Below, in pieces: positions 9,058 to 18,434 of a stretch of 33,231 nt of DNA. This stretch comes from Candidatus Nealsonbacteria bacterium. Lineage in GTDB: Bacteria; Patescibacteriota; Minisyncoccia; Minisyncoccales; PWPS01. The notes beneath the pieces were generated by a model, which made no database searches, had not been told where the DNA came from, and worked only from the letters and a program-made list of their open reading frames with translations. The position numbers were made by a program, and so were the translations under genes. The stretch lies in NCBI GenBank assembly GCA_003561025.1, contig PWII01000060.1, forward strand, positions 1-33,231, written 5' to 3'. How positions within the stretch are numbered: the first letter of the stretch is position 1; every line of letters starts with the position of its first letter.

Positions 9058-9084
9058 TCTGAATTTAATTTGTAAAAAACAACG

Positions 9085-9120
9085 AAAAAACGCCACTTGA
9101 AATAATTTGGCGTTTTTTTT
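9085..9120 (+). terminator. Rho-independent terminator after the Glu-rich ORF
   Basis: AAAAAACGCCA (9085-9095) pairs with TGGCGTTTTTT (9108-9118) around a 12-nt loop. The T-run continues to 9120. Confidence 0.6.
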
Positions 9121-9146
9121 GCAAAATAAATTTATTGTGATAGAAT
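9119..9146 (+). promoter_or_regulatory. Sigma70-type promoter for tig
   Basis: TTGCAA (9119-9124), 16-nt spacer, extended -10 TGaTAGAAT (9138-9146). It lies 36 nt upstream of the tig ATG. Confidence 0.5.
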
Positions 9147-9181
9147 GAGGCAGAAAATGTATAAGATAAGTAAAATAAAAA

Positions 9182-10477
9182 ATGGATTTTAAAATAAAAG
9201 AGATATCAGAGACAAAAAAGGAGATTGAGGTTACTATTTTAGCCGAAGAGATGAAGCCTTATTTGGAAAAAACAGCAAATGATTTTGCGGCTAATATGAA
9301 TATTAAAGGGTTTCGTCAGGGAAATGCACCTCTTAGTATTGTTGAAAATACAGTTGGAAAAGAAAAGCTCTTTGAAGAAGCTGCAAAAAAAGCGATTGAA
9401 GAGACATATCCTAAAATTATAAAAGAAAATGATCTCTTTACTGTTGCAAGCCCTCAAGTTGATTTGGTAAAGTGTGCTCCCGGAAATGAAGTGGTCTATA
9501 AGGCTATTGTCTATGTAATGCCGGATATCAAGTTGCCCGATTATAGGGGGATGTCCAAAGAGACCGTCTCAAAGGCAAAATCTGAAATTGAGATAGATGA
9601 GAAGGAGATAGATGGAATTTTGAAGAGAATGCAAGAAAGCAAAGCGTCTCTGCAAAAGACAGAGAGACCCGCAAAAGATGGGGATGCGATTATGATTGAC
9701 TTTAAAGGAGTTTTTGAGAATGATAGTGATAAAAAGATAGAAGAAAAGAATTTTAGAGTTGACCTTGGTAGCGGTGAAAGTGGAGTGATTGACGGTTTTG
9801 AAAAGGAGCTTATTGGCTCTAAGGCAGGTGACACTAAACAATTTTCTCTTGAGATACCTAATATGGCTGATGGCAGTAATAAAAAAGATAAGGTTAATTT
9901 TGATGTAACAGTTATTTCAGTAATGGAAAAGAATCTTCCGGAGGTTAATGATGAGTTTGCAAGTTCTTTTCCCAACATAGAAAACTTGAATCAATTAAGA
10001 GAGAAGATAAGAGAAGGGTCGCTTCATGAGAAGAAGGCAAAAGAGAAAGAAAAGCTAAAGGTGGAGGTTTTGGAAAATATAAGAAAAGAGACTCCTTTTG
10101 AAGTTCCAGAGGTTTTGGTTGAAAAAGAGCTTGATAATATGATAAAGAATGTAGAAAATCAGCTTTCACAAAATGGAAAAACAATAGACGATTACTTAAA
10201 AGAGATAAAAAAGACCAGAGAAGAACTAAAAGAAGGGTGGAAAGAGAAGGCGAAACAGAATGTAGCTTATGCTATTATCTTGCACACAATCTCTAAAGAA
10301 GAGGGGATTGATGTTACCGATAAAGAGATAGAAGAAGAAGTTGATCGGCACTTTAATATTTCTGGTAAAAATAAAGATGAGGAAAAAGAGGAAAACTTAA
10401 ACAAGATGAGAGCCTACATCCATGATGTAATAAAGAATCAAAAAGTATTTAAAGCTTTATCAATTGATGATAATTAG
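9182..10477 (+). CDS. tig: Trigger factor
   Basis: N-terminal ribosome-binding signature NIKGFRQGNAP, a central FKBP-like domain (GDAIMIDFKG) and a helical C-terminal domain. Length 431 aa. Confidence 0.95.
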   Translation: MDFKIKEISETKKEIEVTILAEEMKPYLEKTANDFAANMNIKGFRQGNAPLSIVENTVGKEKLFEEAAKKAIEETYPKIIKENDLFTVASPQVDLVKCAPGNEVVYKAIVYVMPDIKLPDYRGMSKETVSKAKSEIEIDEKEIDGILKRMQESKASLQKTERPAKDGDAIMIDFKGVFENDSDKKIEEKNFRVDLGSGESGVIDGFEKELIGSKAGDTKQFSLEIPNMADGSNKKDKVNFDVTVISVMEKNLPEVNDEFASSFPNIENLNQLREKIREGSLHEKKAKEKEKLKVEVLENIRKETPFEVPEVLVEKELDNMIKNVENQLSQNGKTIDDYLKEIKKTREELKEGWKEKAKQNVAYAIILHTISKEEGIDVTDKEIEEEVDRHFNISGKNKDEEKEENLNKMRAYIHDVIKNQKVFKALSIDDN

Positions 10478-10492
10478 TAAGCCTTATAATCT

Positions 10493-10864
10493 ATGAAAAA
10501 GATACTTGTAGTTGAAGATGAAAAGATGCTTGGAGAAATCTATCGTGATAAGTTTGTAAGCGAGGGTTTTGACGTTCATTTAGCGCTTGATGCGGAGGAG
10601 GGACTGGAGATTGCCAAGAAGATAACTCCTGACTTAATTATACTTGATATACTTCTACCAAGAGCAAACGGAATTGATTTTTTGGAAAACTTGAGAAAGA
10701 TGGAGGAGACTAAGGAGATAAAGGTAATTGCTTTTTCAAATTATGATGATGCAGATTCAAAGGAGAAGGCAAAAGCTTTGGGAGCAAAGGAGTATCTAAT
10801 CAAAACAAACCACACTCCAAGAGAGATACTGGATAAAATCAATAGACATCTTCAATCTCAATAG
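10493..10864 (+). CDS. Single-domain response regulator (CheY-like receiver only)
   Basis: KKILVVEDE acidic pocket, phospho-acceptor context DLIILDILLP, and a conserved Lys in KEYLIKT. At 123 aa there is no output domain. Confidence 0.9.
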   Translation: MKKILVVEDEKMLGEIYRDKFVSEGFDVHLALDAEEGLEIAKKITPDLIILDILLPRANGIDFLENLRKMEETKEIKVIAFSNYDDADSKEKAKALGAKEYLIKTNHTPREILDKINRHLQSQ

Positions 10865-10923
10865 AAAGAGAAAAGAGATGTAATTTTCTTACCACGAGGC
10901 TTAGTAGTGGAAATTTTTAAAAG

Positions 10924-11898
10924 ATGAAAGAAAGATTTATAAAAAATAGAGCAATACTCATTCCTGTCTTTGCTATCTGTTTATCTGTCGCTCTCTTTTT
11001 CTTTGTGTCTTCTTTTTCAAATGAAGATGACTTAGAGATAGAAGTATCGGAGGAGAAGACTAAAGAATATCCGGAATATATCGGTGAAAAAGATTTGGAT
11101 GCTGATATTAATGCAAGAGCCGCAATTTCATACTATTTTGACAAAGATGGAAACGAGAGAAATCTTTATGAAATGAATATAGAAGAACGTTTGCCGATTG
11201 CAAGTATAAGCAAATTAATGTCAGCGGTTATTGTCTTAAAATATTATGATTTGGATGAAGAAGTAGGAATTAGTGAAAACGATATCTTAACCCACTCTGA
11301 GTTTCGAGACTTTAGAGCATGGGAAGAGACAAAAGTTTTGGAGATGCTCTATCCGATGATTATTGAGTCTAATAATAGCGCAGCGTTTGCGCTTGCGATG
11401 ATTAGTGATAGATTTTTGAAAAGCAGTGATGAAAATAGGGGCGTTGAGTTATTTGTTGAGATGATGAACAGAGAGGCGGAAGAGATGGGGATGAATAATA
11501 CTCAGTTCATCAATGCAAGTGGACTTGATACCGTAAGCGATTATAACTATTCTACTGCCAGTGACCTTGCTATCTTTGCAAAAAATATAATATTACATAA
11601 TGATGATATTTTTGAAATCTCAATGCATAGGTCTTATAATCTCTATTCTCCCGATAAGACGATTTATTACGAATCATTTAATACGAATCAATTTTTACAT
11701 AACAACAAAAACGATTGGCAAGATTATATAATCGGAGGTAAAACCGGATTTACCTTAGCATCCAAGGGATGTCTTATTATTGTTCTATCATCTCCGAAAA
11801 AAGACGGCTACATTGTCAATGTTGTTCTTGGCACGGAAGATAGATTTAAGGAGATGGAAAAGTTGATTAATTACACTTATAAAGCATATAGTTTTTAG
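10924..11898 (+). CDS. Serine-type D-Ala-D-Ala carboxypeptidase (peptidase S11, low-molecular-weight PBP)
   Basis: N-terminal TM anchor plus the SxxK (ASISKLMS), SxN (ESNNSAA) and KTG (GGKTGFT) motifs. Confidence 0.85.
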   Translation: MKERFIKNRAILIPVFAICLSVALFFFVSSFSNEDDLEIEVSEEKTKEYPEYIGEKDLDADINARAAISYYFDKDGNERNLYEMNIEERLPIASISKLMSAVIVLKYYDLDEEVGISENDILTHSEFRDFRAWEETKVLEMLYPMIIESNNSAAFALAMISDRFLKSSDENRGVELFVEMMNREAEEMGMNNTQFINASGLDTVSDYNYSTASDLAIFAKNIILHNDDIFEISMHRSYNLYSPDKTIYYESFNTNQFLHNNKNDWQDYIIGGKTGFTLASKGCLIIVLSSPKKDGYIVNVVLGTEDRFKEMEKLINYTYKAYSF

Positions 11899-11903
11899 TA
11901 AAT

Positions 11904-13010
11904 ATGTATGGTGATGATTTTGTAGTTGATTTGGTAAAGGTTTTTGCGGTAGGAGTCTTTGCGGTATTACTCGCTTCTGCTCTAACGCCCTCTTTGACAA
12001 GCTTTCTTTTTGAAAATAAGCTATGGAAAAAGAAAAACAAAGCAATCTCTATTGATGGGAAAGAGGCAAGATATTTCAACAAATTTCATTCAGAAAAAGA
12101 GACAAAAGTTCCACGAATTGGAGGGTTGCTTATCTGGTGCTCTGTCTCTTTTCTTGCTCTTTTACTCTTTTTTCTATCAAATCTTTTTGATTTTTTTTGG
12201 ATTGAAAAGTTTGACTTCTTAAGTAGAGATCAGACATGGCTTCCTCTCTTTACTCTTATTTCAGCTTCGCTTGTCGGTCTTTCTGATGATTTACTGCAAA
12301 TTGTTAGAAATCCTAGAAATATTTTTTTAAGAAAGATTTGGAGGAGAGCCGAAGACGGTCTCGGAGAGGGATTGGGCTTGCGTTATAGAATTATTCTGGT
12401 TACTGTAATCGGACTTATTGGGGCATGGTGGTTTTATTTTCGTTTAGGTCAAGAATCTATTTATCTTCCTTTTTTGGAAGAGGTGAGTCTTGGAGTTTTT
12501 TATATTCCTTTTTTTATAATTGTTATGGTGGCAATTTATAGTGGGGGAGTTATCGATGGAATTGACGGACTTGCGGGAGGAGTATTTATCTCCATTTTTA
12601 GTGCATATACTATAATTTCTTTTTTACAAGGACAGCTAAATTTGGCTGCCTTTTGTATTGCCATTGTTGGTAGCGTCTTAGTCTTTCTGTGGTTTAATAT
12701 TCCACCGGCAAGATTTTATATGGGGGAGACCGGTATTATCGGACTCACAACGACAGTGACAGTAGTCGCATTTTTAACCGGAGCGGTCTTTGTTTTACCG
12801 ATAATTGCTTTTCCCTTAATAATCACATCTCTATCCGTAATTATTCAACTATTATCAAAAAAATTTAGAGGCAAGAAGGTTTTTTTGGCAGCTCCGCTTC
12901 ATCATCATCTTGAAGCAATCGGATGGCCTCAACACAAGATAACGATGCGTTTTTGGGTCGTTAGCGCTTTAATGGGGATTGTTGGTGTTTTGATTCACCT
13001 TCTCTTATAA
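11904..13010 (+). CDS. mraY: Phospho-N-acetylmuramoyl-pentapeptide transferase
   Basis: Polytopic membrane protein with LSDDLLQI, DGIDGLAGG, FYMGETG and APLHHHLE motifs. Confidence 0.95.
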   Translation: MYGDDFVVDLVKVFAVGVFAVLLASALTPSLTSFLFENKLWKKKNKAISIDGKEARYFNKFHSEKETKVPRIGGLLIWCSVSFLALLLFFLSNLFDFFWIEKFDFLSRDQTWLPLFTLISASLVGLSDDLLQIVRNPRNIFLRKIWRRAEDGLGEGLGLRYRIILVTVIGLIGAWWFYFRLGQESIYLPFLEEVSLGVFYIPFFIIVMVAIYSGGVIDGIDGLAGGVFISIFSAYTIISFLQGQLNLAAFCIAIVGSVLVFLWFNIPPARFYMGETGIIGLTTTVTVVAFLTGAVFVLPIIAFPLIITSLSVIIQLLSKKFRGKKVFLAAPLHHHLEAIGWPQHKITMRFWVVSALMGIVGVLIHLLL

Positions 13011-13050
13011 TTCTGTTTGAACTAACGATTAAAAATGCTATTCTTGTAAT

Positions 13051-14319
13051 ATGACACTGCTTTCTAAATTTTATAAAAAAAAGGTATTGATTCTTGGCGC
13101 AGGCGAAGAGGGGCTGGATAGTTTGTCATTTTTTAAGCAAAATATAGATTATTCTGCACTTGGAGTAGCAGACAAACTCTCTTTTGATGATTTTGGACCG
13201 AAAACAAAACAGGTATTAAAGAGTGGAGTAACTCTTCATCTTGGAAGGAGTTATCTTGCTGCCGTAAAAGATTATGATGTAATTGTTAAATCACCCGGCA
13301 TTCCATTATCAGCACTTAAAATTGATAAGCATCAGGTATTAACATCTCAGAGTGACATCTTTTTATCAAACTGCAAAGGAAACATTATAGGAATAACCGG
13401 AACAAAGGGAAAAAGTACTACGGCACATCTTATCTATAATCTGCTTAAAAATAACGGTTTTTCTGCTCAATTAGTCGGGAATATAGGAATGCCGGCACTA
13501 TCTTTTCTGAAGGACTCTAAGAGAGTGGATTTTTTTGTCTATGAGCTTTCAAGCTTTCAACTTGCTACAATAAAGAAGAGTCCACATATTGCAATTATTC
13601 TAAACATATTCAAGGATCATCTAGATAACCACACCAGCTTTAAAGAATATATGGAAGCAAAAGCTAAGATTACCGAATTTCAAAAGAAAGAAGACTTTTT
13701 GATATATGACAAAGATAATGAGTATGTAAGAATAATCGCGGAGAGATCCATTGCCAAAAAGATACCATTTGACAGCACGAAAAGAGAGAAGGGGATTATG
13801 GTATCTATTGAACCTATTATTTATCTCAGCGAGCTTTTGAAGATTAAAAAAGATATTTACGAAAAGACGATAACCGAGTTTGGGGGACTTCCACACAGAA
13901 CCGAGTTTTTAGGAAGATATCAGGGAATATCTTTTTACAATGACTCAGCAGCAACAATTCCGGAAGCAACTATAAATGCGATTAATTCTTTAAAAAACAT
14001 TCAAACACTGGTTGTAGGTGGAGTAGATAAAGGAGGAGATTACCCTAAGCTTATTGATGCACTAAAAGAAAGCGATATTCAAAATATAGTTATCTTTAAA
14101 GGAAGTCCGAAGGATTTTGAAAAAGGGATAACCGAATTAGGAAAAATTGTATTTTATGCAGGAGATATGAAGGAGGCAGTTCAGCATTGCTTTAATAATA
14201 CTACAAAGGAAAAATCATGCCTTCTGTCTCCGGGATTTGCCAGCTTTAATATGTTTAAAAATTATAAAGAAAGAGGAGAACTTTTTAAGAGATATGTTCG
14301 TGAGCAGGGTAAAACATAA
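13051..14319 (+). CDS. murD: UDP-N-acetylmuramoylalanine--D-glutamate ligase
   Basis: P-loop GITGTKGKSTT, Mur ligase middle and C-terminal domains, and the position between mraY and ftsW. Confidence 0.95.
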   Translation: MTLLSKFYKKKVLILGAGEEGLDSLSFFKQNIDYSALGVADKLSFDDFGPKTKQVLKSGVTLHLGRSYLAAVKDYDVIVKSPGIPLSALKIDKHQVLTSQSDIFLSNCKGNIIGITGTKGKSTTAHLIYNLLKNNGFSAQLVGNIGMPALSFLKDSKRVDFFVYELSSFQLATIKKSPHIAIILNIFKDHLDNHTSFKEYMEAKAKITEFQKKEDFLIYDKDNEYVRIIAERSIAKKIPFDSTKREKGIMVSIEPIIYLSELLKIKKDIYEKTITEFGGLPHRTEFLGRYQGISFYNDSAATIPEATINAINSLKNIQTLVVGGVDKGGDYPKLIDALKESDIQNIVIFKGSPKDFEKGITELGKIVFYAGDMKEAVQHCFNNTTKEKSCLLSPGFASFNMFKNYKERGELFKRYVREQGKT

Positions 14320-15400
14320 GAGTCCGGATATTATTTTACTCGGAATTGTATTCCTTATTATTTTATTGGGACTTTTTGCATTGGCAAGTGCTGCTACGGT
14401 TGGAGACGCAAACAGAATATCACAACAGATTTTGCTAGGGCTTGTGCCCGGGATATTTTTAGGCATTTTACTTTTTAAGACTCCGTTAAATATAATTCAA
14501 AAATGGAGCCCCTATCTTTTGTTTTTAAATATTTTATTGGTCGGAATGATATTTTTGCCCGGATTTTCAGAGCCGATAAGGGGTGGGTCAAGATGGTTGC
14601 ATCTTGGTCAACTATCGTTTCAACCATCAGAATTCCTCAAATTAACTTTTATACTTTATGTTGTAAGTTGGCTTGTTGCACGAGGAGAACAGAGAGGAAA
14701 AAACAAGAGCCTACCACCAACAAAGACGCTTCTACCTTTTGTTATTGTTTCAGGAATAATTGGAGCTTTGCTAATAAATCAGCCTGATTTAAGCACTCTT
14801 GGCGTAATTCTCTTTTCCGGATTTGTAGTCTATTTTACAGCAAGAACGCCTCTGTGGCATACTGTGCTGCTTGCTGCGGGGAGCTCCGCTCTTTTCTTTT
14901 TATTTATAAAGTTTAGCTCTTATAGATGGGAGAGAATAAGCAGTCTCTTTAATGTTGATATTAGCCCCTTAAGCTCTACATATCATATTAGACAAGCATT
15001 TATTGCAATCGGATCAGGGGGGTTTTTTGGATTGGGTCTTGGAATGAGCAGGCAAAAATTTGGATTTCTTCCTTTTCCGGCGACAGATTCAGTCTTTGCC
15101 ATTATCGGAGAAGAGATGGGCTTTATCGGCGCAACCCTTATTATTTTTCTCTTTTTGGCATTTTTTTGGCGTGGATTTTTGATTGCAAAAGATAATAAAA
15201 ACAACTTTGCAAGACTTTTGGCAATTGGAATATCGACATGGATATTTACCCAGACAGCAATAAATATCGGTGTCATGCTCGGTCTTTTTCCGTTTACGGG
15301 AATTCCACTCCCTTTTATAAGTTATGGAAAATCACACCTTATTGCAGAACTTGCAGCTGTCGGTATTCTGCTTAATGCTTCCTGTTATAAAAAAAAGTGA
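14294..15400 (+). CDS. ftsW: SEDS-family peptidoglycan glycosyltransferase FtsW/RodA
   Basis: Motifs GSRWLHLGQLSFQPSEFLK, QAFIAIGSGGFFGLGLG, PFPATDSVFAIIGEEMGFIG and GIPLPFISYGKSH. The track ORF begins at a TTG (14237). I prefer the first ATG at 14294, which overlaps murD by 26 nt. Confidence 0.9.
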   Translation: MFVSRVKHKSPDIILLGIVFLIILLGLFALASAATVGDANRISQQILLGLVPGIFLGILLFKTPLNIIQKWSPYLLFLNILLVGMIFLPGFSEPIRGGSRWLHLGQLSFQPSEFLKLTFILYVVSWLVARGEQRGKNKSLPPTKTLLPFVIVSGIIGALLINQPDLSTLGVILFSGFVVYFTARTPLWHTVLLAAGSSALFFLFIKFSSYRWERISSLFNVDISPLSSTYHIRQAFIAIGSGGFFGLGLGMSRQKFGFLPFPATDSVFAIIGEEMGFIGATLIIFLFLAFFWRGFLIAKDNKNNFARLLAIGISTWIFTQTAINIGVMLGLFPFTGIPLPFISYGKSHLIAELAAVGILLNASCYKKK

Positions 15401-15412
15401 TATAATTGACAT

Positions 15413-16564
15413 ATGAGCAAGCCCAAAAAACATAAGATAATTTTTACCGGAGGAGGAACGGGAGGACATATTTTTCCTCTTATCGCTATTATCCGGGAAT
15501 TAAAAAAAATTTTACCAACGGAAACTCTCTTATTGTATTATATTGGCCCACAAGACACCATCTCCAAGGAATATATGGAGAAAGAGGGGATTGAGATAAG
15601 ATATATTTCAACAGGGAAGGTGAGGAGGTATGGCGGTTTTAAGACCAGAATTCAGGACTTTTTAGATATAGTATTTCGTATTCCGTTAGGGATTATTCAG
15701 TCATTTTTGCATATCTATATCATCTCACCGGATCTGATTTTTAGCAAAGGGGGATACGGCTCTTTTCCAATTGTTATTATGGGTAGATTCTTCAATATAC
15801 CACTCTTACTGCATGAATCTGATGCCGTTCTTGGAGCGACAAACAAGTTGCTGCAAAAATTTTTTGCGGAAATTTTTACCTCTTTTCCCAAAACTGAAGG
15901 AGTAGAAACAGAAAAGATGCTTGTCGTAGGAAATCCTATTCGTGAAGAGATATTGGAGGGAGATAAGAAGAAAGGAGCAGAGCTTTTTAAACTGAAAGCA
16001 GAAAAACCTGTTATCGTGATCATTGGAGGTTCTCAAGGCAGTGAAAGAATAAATGATCTCTTTTTATCCGCTCTTACCGGCTTTTTACAAGATTTTGAAA
16101 TTATTCATCAGTGTGGGAAAAATAATTACAAGGCCGTTTTTGCAGAATCAAATGCGGTTATAAATGATGAAAAGCTTAAAGAAAGCTATCATCTATTTGA
16201 CTTTTTTGATGAAGAAAAATTAAAGCATGCGTATAAGTGCGCAGACCTCATTGTGAGTAGAGCAGGATCAGGAAGCATATTTGAGATTGCCGCAAATAAT
16301 AAGGCCGCAATCTTTTTACCGCTTACAGAGTCAGCCCAAAATCATCAGTTAAGAAATGCATATCTTTATGCGAGCACCAAGTCGGCTGTAGTCTTAGAAG
16401 AGACAAATCTGACATCACGCTTTTTTCTAAGCAAAATAAAAGAGCTTTTTTCTCCTATAAAACAGATAAGAGTGATGGAGGAGAATTCAAAATATTTTGC
16501 GAGACCGCGAGCAGGAGGGATTATCGCCGCATATATTAAAGAATACCTTACAAGAAATGAATAA
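15413..16564 (+). CDS. murG: Undecaprenyldiphospho-muramoylpentapeptide beta-N-acetylglucosaminyltransferase
   Basis: IIFTGGGTGGHIFPLIAI G-loop, a GT28 C-terminal domain (SRAGSGSIFEIA) and the dcw-cluster position. Confidence 0.95.
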   Translation: MSKPKKHKIIFTGGGTGGHIFPLIAIIRELKKILPTETLLLYYIGPQDTISKEYMEKEGIEIRYISTGKVRRYGGFKTRIQDFLDIVFRIPLGIIQSFLHIYIISPDLIFSKGGYGSFPIVIMGRFFNIPLLLHESDAVLGATNKLLQKFFAEIFTSFPKTEGVETEKMLVVGNPIREEILEGDKKKGAELFKLKAEKPVIVIIGGSQGSERINDLFLSALTGFLQDFEIIHQCGKNNYKAVFAESNAVINDEKLKESYHLFDFFDEEKLKHAYKCADLIVSRAGSGSIFEIAANNKAAIFLPLTESAQNHQLRNAYLYASTKSAVVLEETNLTSRFFLSKIKELFSPIKQIRVMEENSKYFARPRAGGIIAAYIKEYLTRNE

Positions 16565-18083
16565 AAAAAGTGAAGAAAAAATTAGGCTTAGATTTGCTCC
16601 TTCTCCTACGGGGAGCTTTCATATCGGTTCGGCACGAGCAGCTCTTTTTAACTATCTTTACGCGCAAAAAGAGAAAGGAGTGTTGGTTTTGAGAATAGAA
16701 GATACAGACAGAGAAAGGTCAAAAAAGATATACGAAGAAGACATTATGCGAAGTTTATCTTGGCTTGGCATGACTTGGGAGGAGGGGGTTTTTGAAGACG
16801 AAGAAAGAGGAGACTATGGTCCATATAGACAGAGCGAAAGAGGAGATATATATAAGAGATACCTAATGAAGATGATAGAAGAAGAGAGAGCCTATTACTG
16901 TTTTTGCTCTAAAGAAAAGCTAGAAAAAGAGAGAGAAGAGAGTGAAAAAAATAAGATAGCTCACAAGTATTCCGGCACTTGTCGAAATTTGCCTATTAAA
17001 GAGCAAGATAAGAGGATTAGAGATGGGGAAAGATATGTAATTCGGCTCCGCCTTCCGGAAAATGAGATTATCAAATTTGATGACCGGATCAGAGGCAGTG
17101 TTAGTTTTAGCAGTGGAGAGCTCGGTGGTGACTTTGTTATTGGTAAAGAAAACTTTTTCCCGCTTTATAATTTTGCTTGTGTGGTTGATGATTACGAGAT
17201 GAAGATAACTCATGTTATCCGTGGTGAGGATCATATTTCAAACACTCCCAAACAGATTGCAATTCAGCAGGCGCTAGGAATTGAGATACCCGAATATGCA
17301 CATCTACCGCTAATATTGGGAAATGACAAGAGTAAGTTGAGTAAGAGGCATGGGTCAGTTTCTCTTTTTGAATATAAAGAAAAAGGCTATCTCCCTGAAG
17401 CACTTATTAACTTTATATCTTTTTTAGGATGGAATCCGGGAGGAGAAAGAGAGATATATTCAAAAGAAGAGATTATTGAGAAATTTTCTTTCTCCAGATG
17501 TCAAAAATCGGGAGCGGTGTTCAATATTGATAAATTGACATCAATTAACGGATATTATATTAGAAATATGGAACTAGAAAAGCTAACCGAAATAGTAGTT
17601 CCATATCTTATTTCCGAAAAATTAATTACAAAAAAAGGAGAAGGAGAGTATTATGCCCCTCAGAGAGACGAAGATATCAATTTTCGAAAAATAAAGGATA
17701 TAATCTCCCTGTATCAGGAAAGAATAAAGCTCCTTTCAGAGGTGCCTCTTTTAACGGACTATTTTTTTATTAAAAAACTAGACTATGATCCGAAACTACT
17801 TCTATGGAAAGAGGCTAGCCCTGAAGATACGATAAGACAGCTCCAAAACTGCATCAGCCTTGTAGAGTCGATAAAAAGGTGGGATCTTGAAACCATAAAA
17901 GAAGGCTTAATTAGAGAGGCTGATAAGAATGATAATAAAGGGGTCTTCTTGTGGCCTGCTAGAGTCGCGTTAAGCGGTAAAAAGGCCTCTGCGGGTCCTT
18001 TTGAGATAATATGGGTAATGGGACCGGAAATGACGATAGAGCGGCTCAGAATGGCAATAGAAAGCCTAAAAGGGATTAAATAG
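16557..18083 (+). CDS. gltX: Glutamate--tRNA ligase
   Basis: RLRFAPSPTGSFHIGSARAAL (HIGH motif) and KLSKRHG (KMSKS motif). The track ORF starts at TTG 16497. ATG 16557 gives the canonical N-terminus and overlaps murG by 8 nt. Confidence 0.95.
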   Translation: MNKKSEEKIRLRFAPSPTGSFHIGSARAALFNYLYAQKEKGVLVLRIEDTDRERSKKIYEEDIMRSLSWLGMTWEEGVFEDEERGDYGPYRQSERGDIYKRYLMKMIEEERAYYCFCSKEKLEKEREESEKNKIAHKYSGTCRNLPIKEQDKRIRDGERYVIRLRLPENEIIKFDDRIRGSVSFSSGELGGDFVIGKENFFPLYNFACVVDDYEMKITHVIRGEDHISNTPKQIAIQQALGIEIPEYAHLPLILGNDKSKLSKRHGSVSLFEYKEKGYLPEALINFISFLGWNPGGEREIYSKEEIIEKFSFSRCQKSGAVFNIDKLTSINGYYIRNMELEKLTEIVVPYLISEKLITKKGEGEYYAPQRDEDINFRKIKDIISLYQERIKLLSEVPLLTDYFFIKKLDYDPKLLLWKEASPEDTIRQLQNCISLVESIKRWDLETIKEGLIREADKNDNKGVFLWPARVALSGKKASAGPFEIIWVMGPEMTIERLRMAIESLKGIK

Positions 18084-18258
18084 TTGGTAGTCAGTACTTT
18101 TTTATAAAGAGCCCAAAGAGTATTGTAGTTTTTAAATTTTTGTTATCTATCTTATCTTTATTACAGTATATATAAACCTTAAAGGCAAAGCAGATTTATA
18201 AATTGATTTATTAGTAAGACTTAAGCTTATTGCTGTTTTTTTAAAAAAGAGAGAGATA

Positions 18259-18287
18259 TTGACAGAGGGTGATATATCGATTATACT
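18259..18287 (+). promoter_or_regulatory. Near-consensus sigma70 promoter in the gltX-xer intergenic region
   Basis: TTGACA (18259-18264), exactly 17-nt spacer, TATACT (18282-18287). This is the closest match to consensus that I found in the window. Confidence 0.5.
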
Positions 18288-18312
18288 TCGCATAAGACAA
18301 CTTTACCGAAGT
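18285..18312. other. Candidate dif-like 11-6-11 site ACTTCGCATAA-GACAAC-TTTACCGAAGT
   Basis: 28-bp layout. The left arm shares CGCATAA with the E. coli dif XerC arm and ACTTC with the B. subtilis dif left arm. The outer 6 bp of the two arms are a perfect inverted repeat. The right arm matches known XerD arms poorly. Confidence 0.3.
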
Positions 18313-18388
18313 ATTTAAGCTAACCTCTCTCCATTTGCAAAAATTGTGAGAATCTGTCTTTTTTAGATAATTGTAATTAATACCTTAA

Positions 18389-18402
18389 AAGATAATTATC
18401 TT
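18389..18402. repeat. Perfect 14-bp palindrome AAGATAATTATCTT
   Basis: Read directly from the sequence, 75 nt upstream of the xer ATG. Function unknown. Confidence 0.8.
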
Positions 18403-18434
18403 ATTATAACTACAATCAGGATTAGACGAAATAA

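Noticed and set aside
9541-9978. 145-aa minus-strand ORF inside tig. Similar antisense or alternative-frame ORFs occur in other confident genes (e.g. 95-331, 14503-14787, 15715-16023, 16920-17234, 26382-26717, 27507-27791, 30812-31021, 32614-32862).
   Set aside because: All lie wholly inside strongly supported conserved genes. Their S/L/F/I-rich composition is the kind expected from reading A/G-rich coding DNA in the wrong frame, and none resembles any family I recognise.
10865-10923. Possible terminator hairpin CCAC...GTGG followed by AAATTTTT after the response-regulator gene
   Set aside because: The stem is only about 4 bp with a large loop and the U-tract is interrupted. That is too weak to call.
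14237-14293. Upstream TTG starts given by the ORF track for ftsW (14237), gltX (16497) and the S41 protease (23419)
   Set aside because: The first codon is TTG in each case and the extension overlaps the preceding gene or adds non-conserved residues. The downstream ATGs (14294, 16557, 23383) give canonical N-termini. The TTG starts remain possible but less likely.
18151-18178. A second dif look-alike around TATATATAAACC. ATATATAAACC matches the B. subtilis XerD arm TTATGTAAACT at 8 of 11 positions.
   Set aside because: The matching bases are mostly A/T in an A/T-rich spacer. The would-be left arm (CTTATCTTTAT) resembles neither known XerC arms nor the inverse of the right arm, so the 11-6-11 architecture is not supported.
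18147-18293. 48-codon minus-strand ORF (MRSIIDISPSVNISLFFKKTAISL...) in the gltX-xer gap
   Set aside because: It is below the track threshold, low-complexity and AT-driven, with no clear RBS. It runs antisense through the strong + strand promoter. Chance ORFs of this length are expected in such sequence. Revisit it only if Ribo-seq or conservation supports it.
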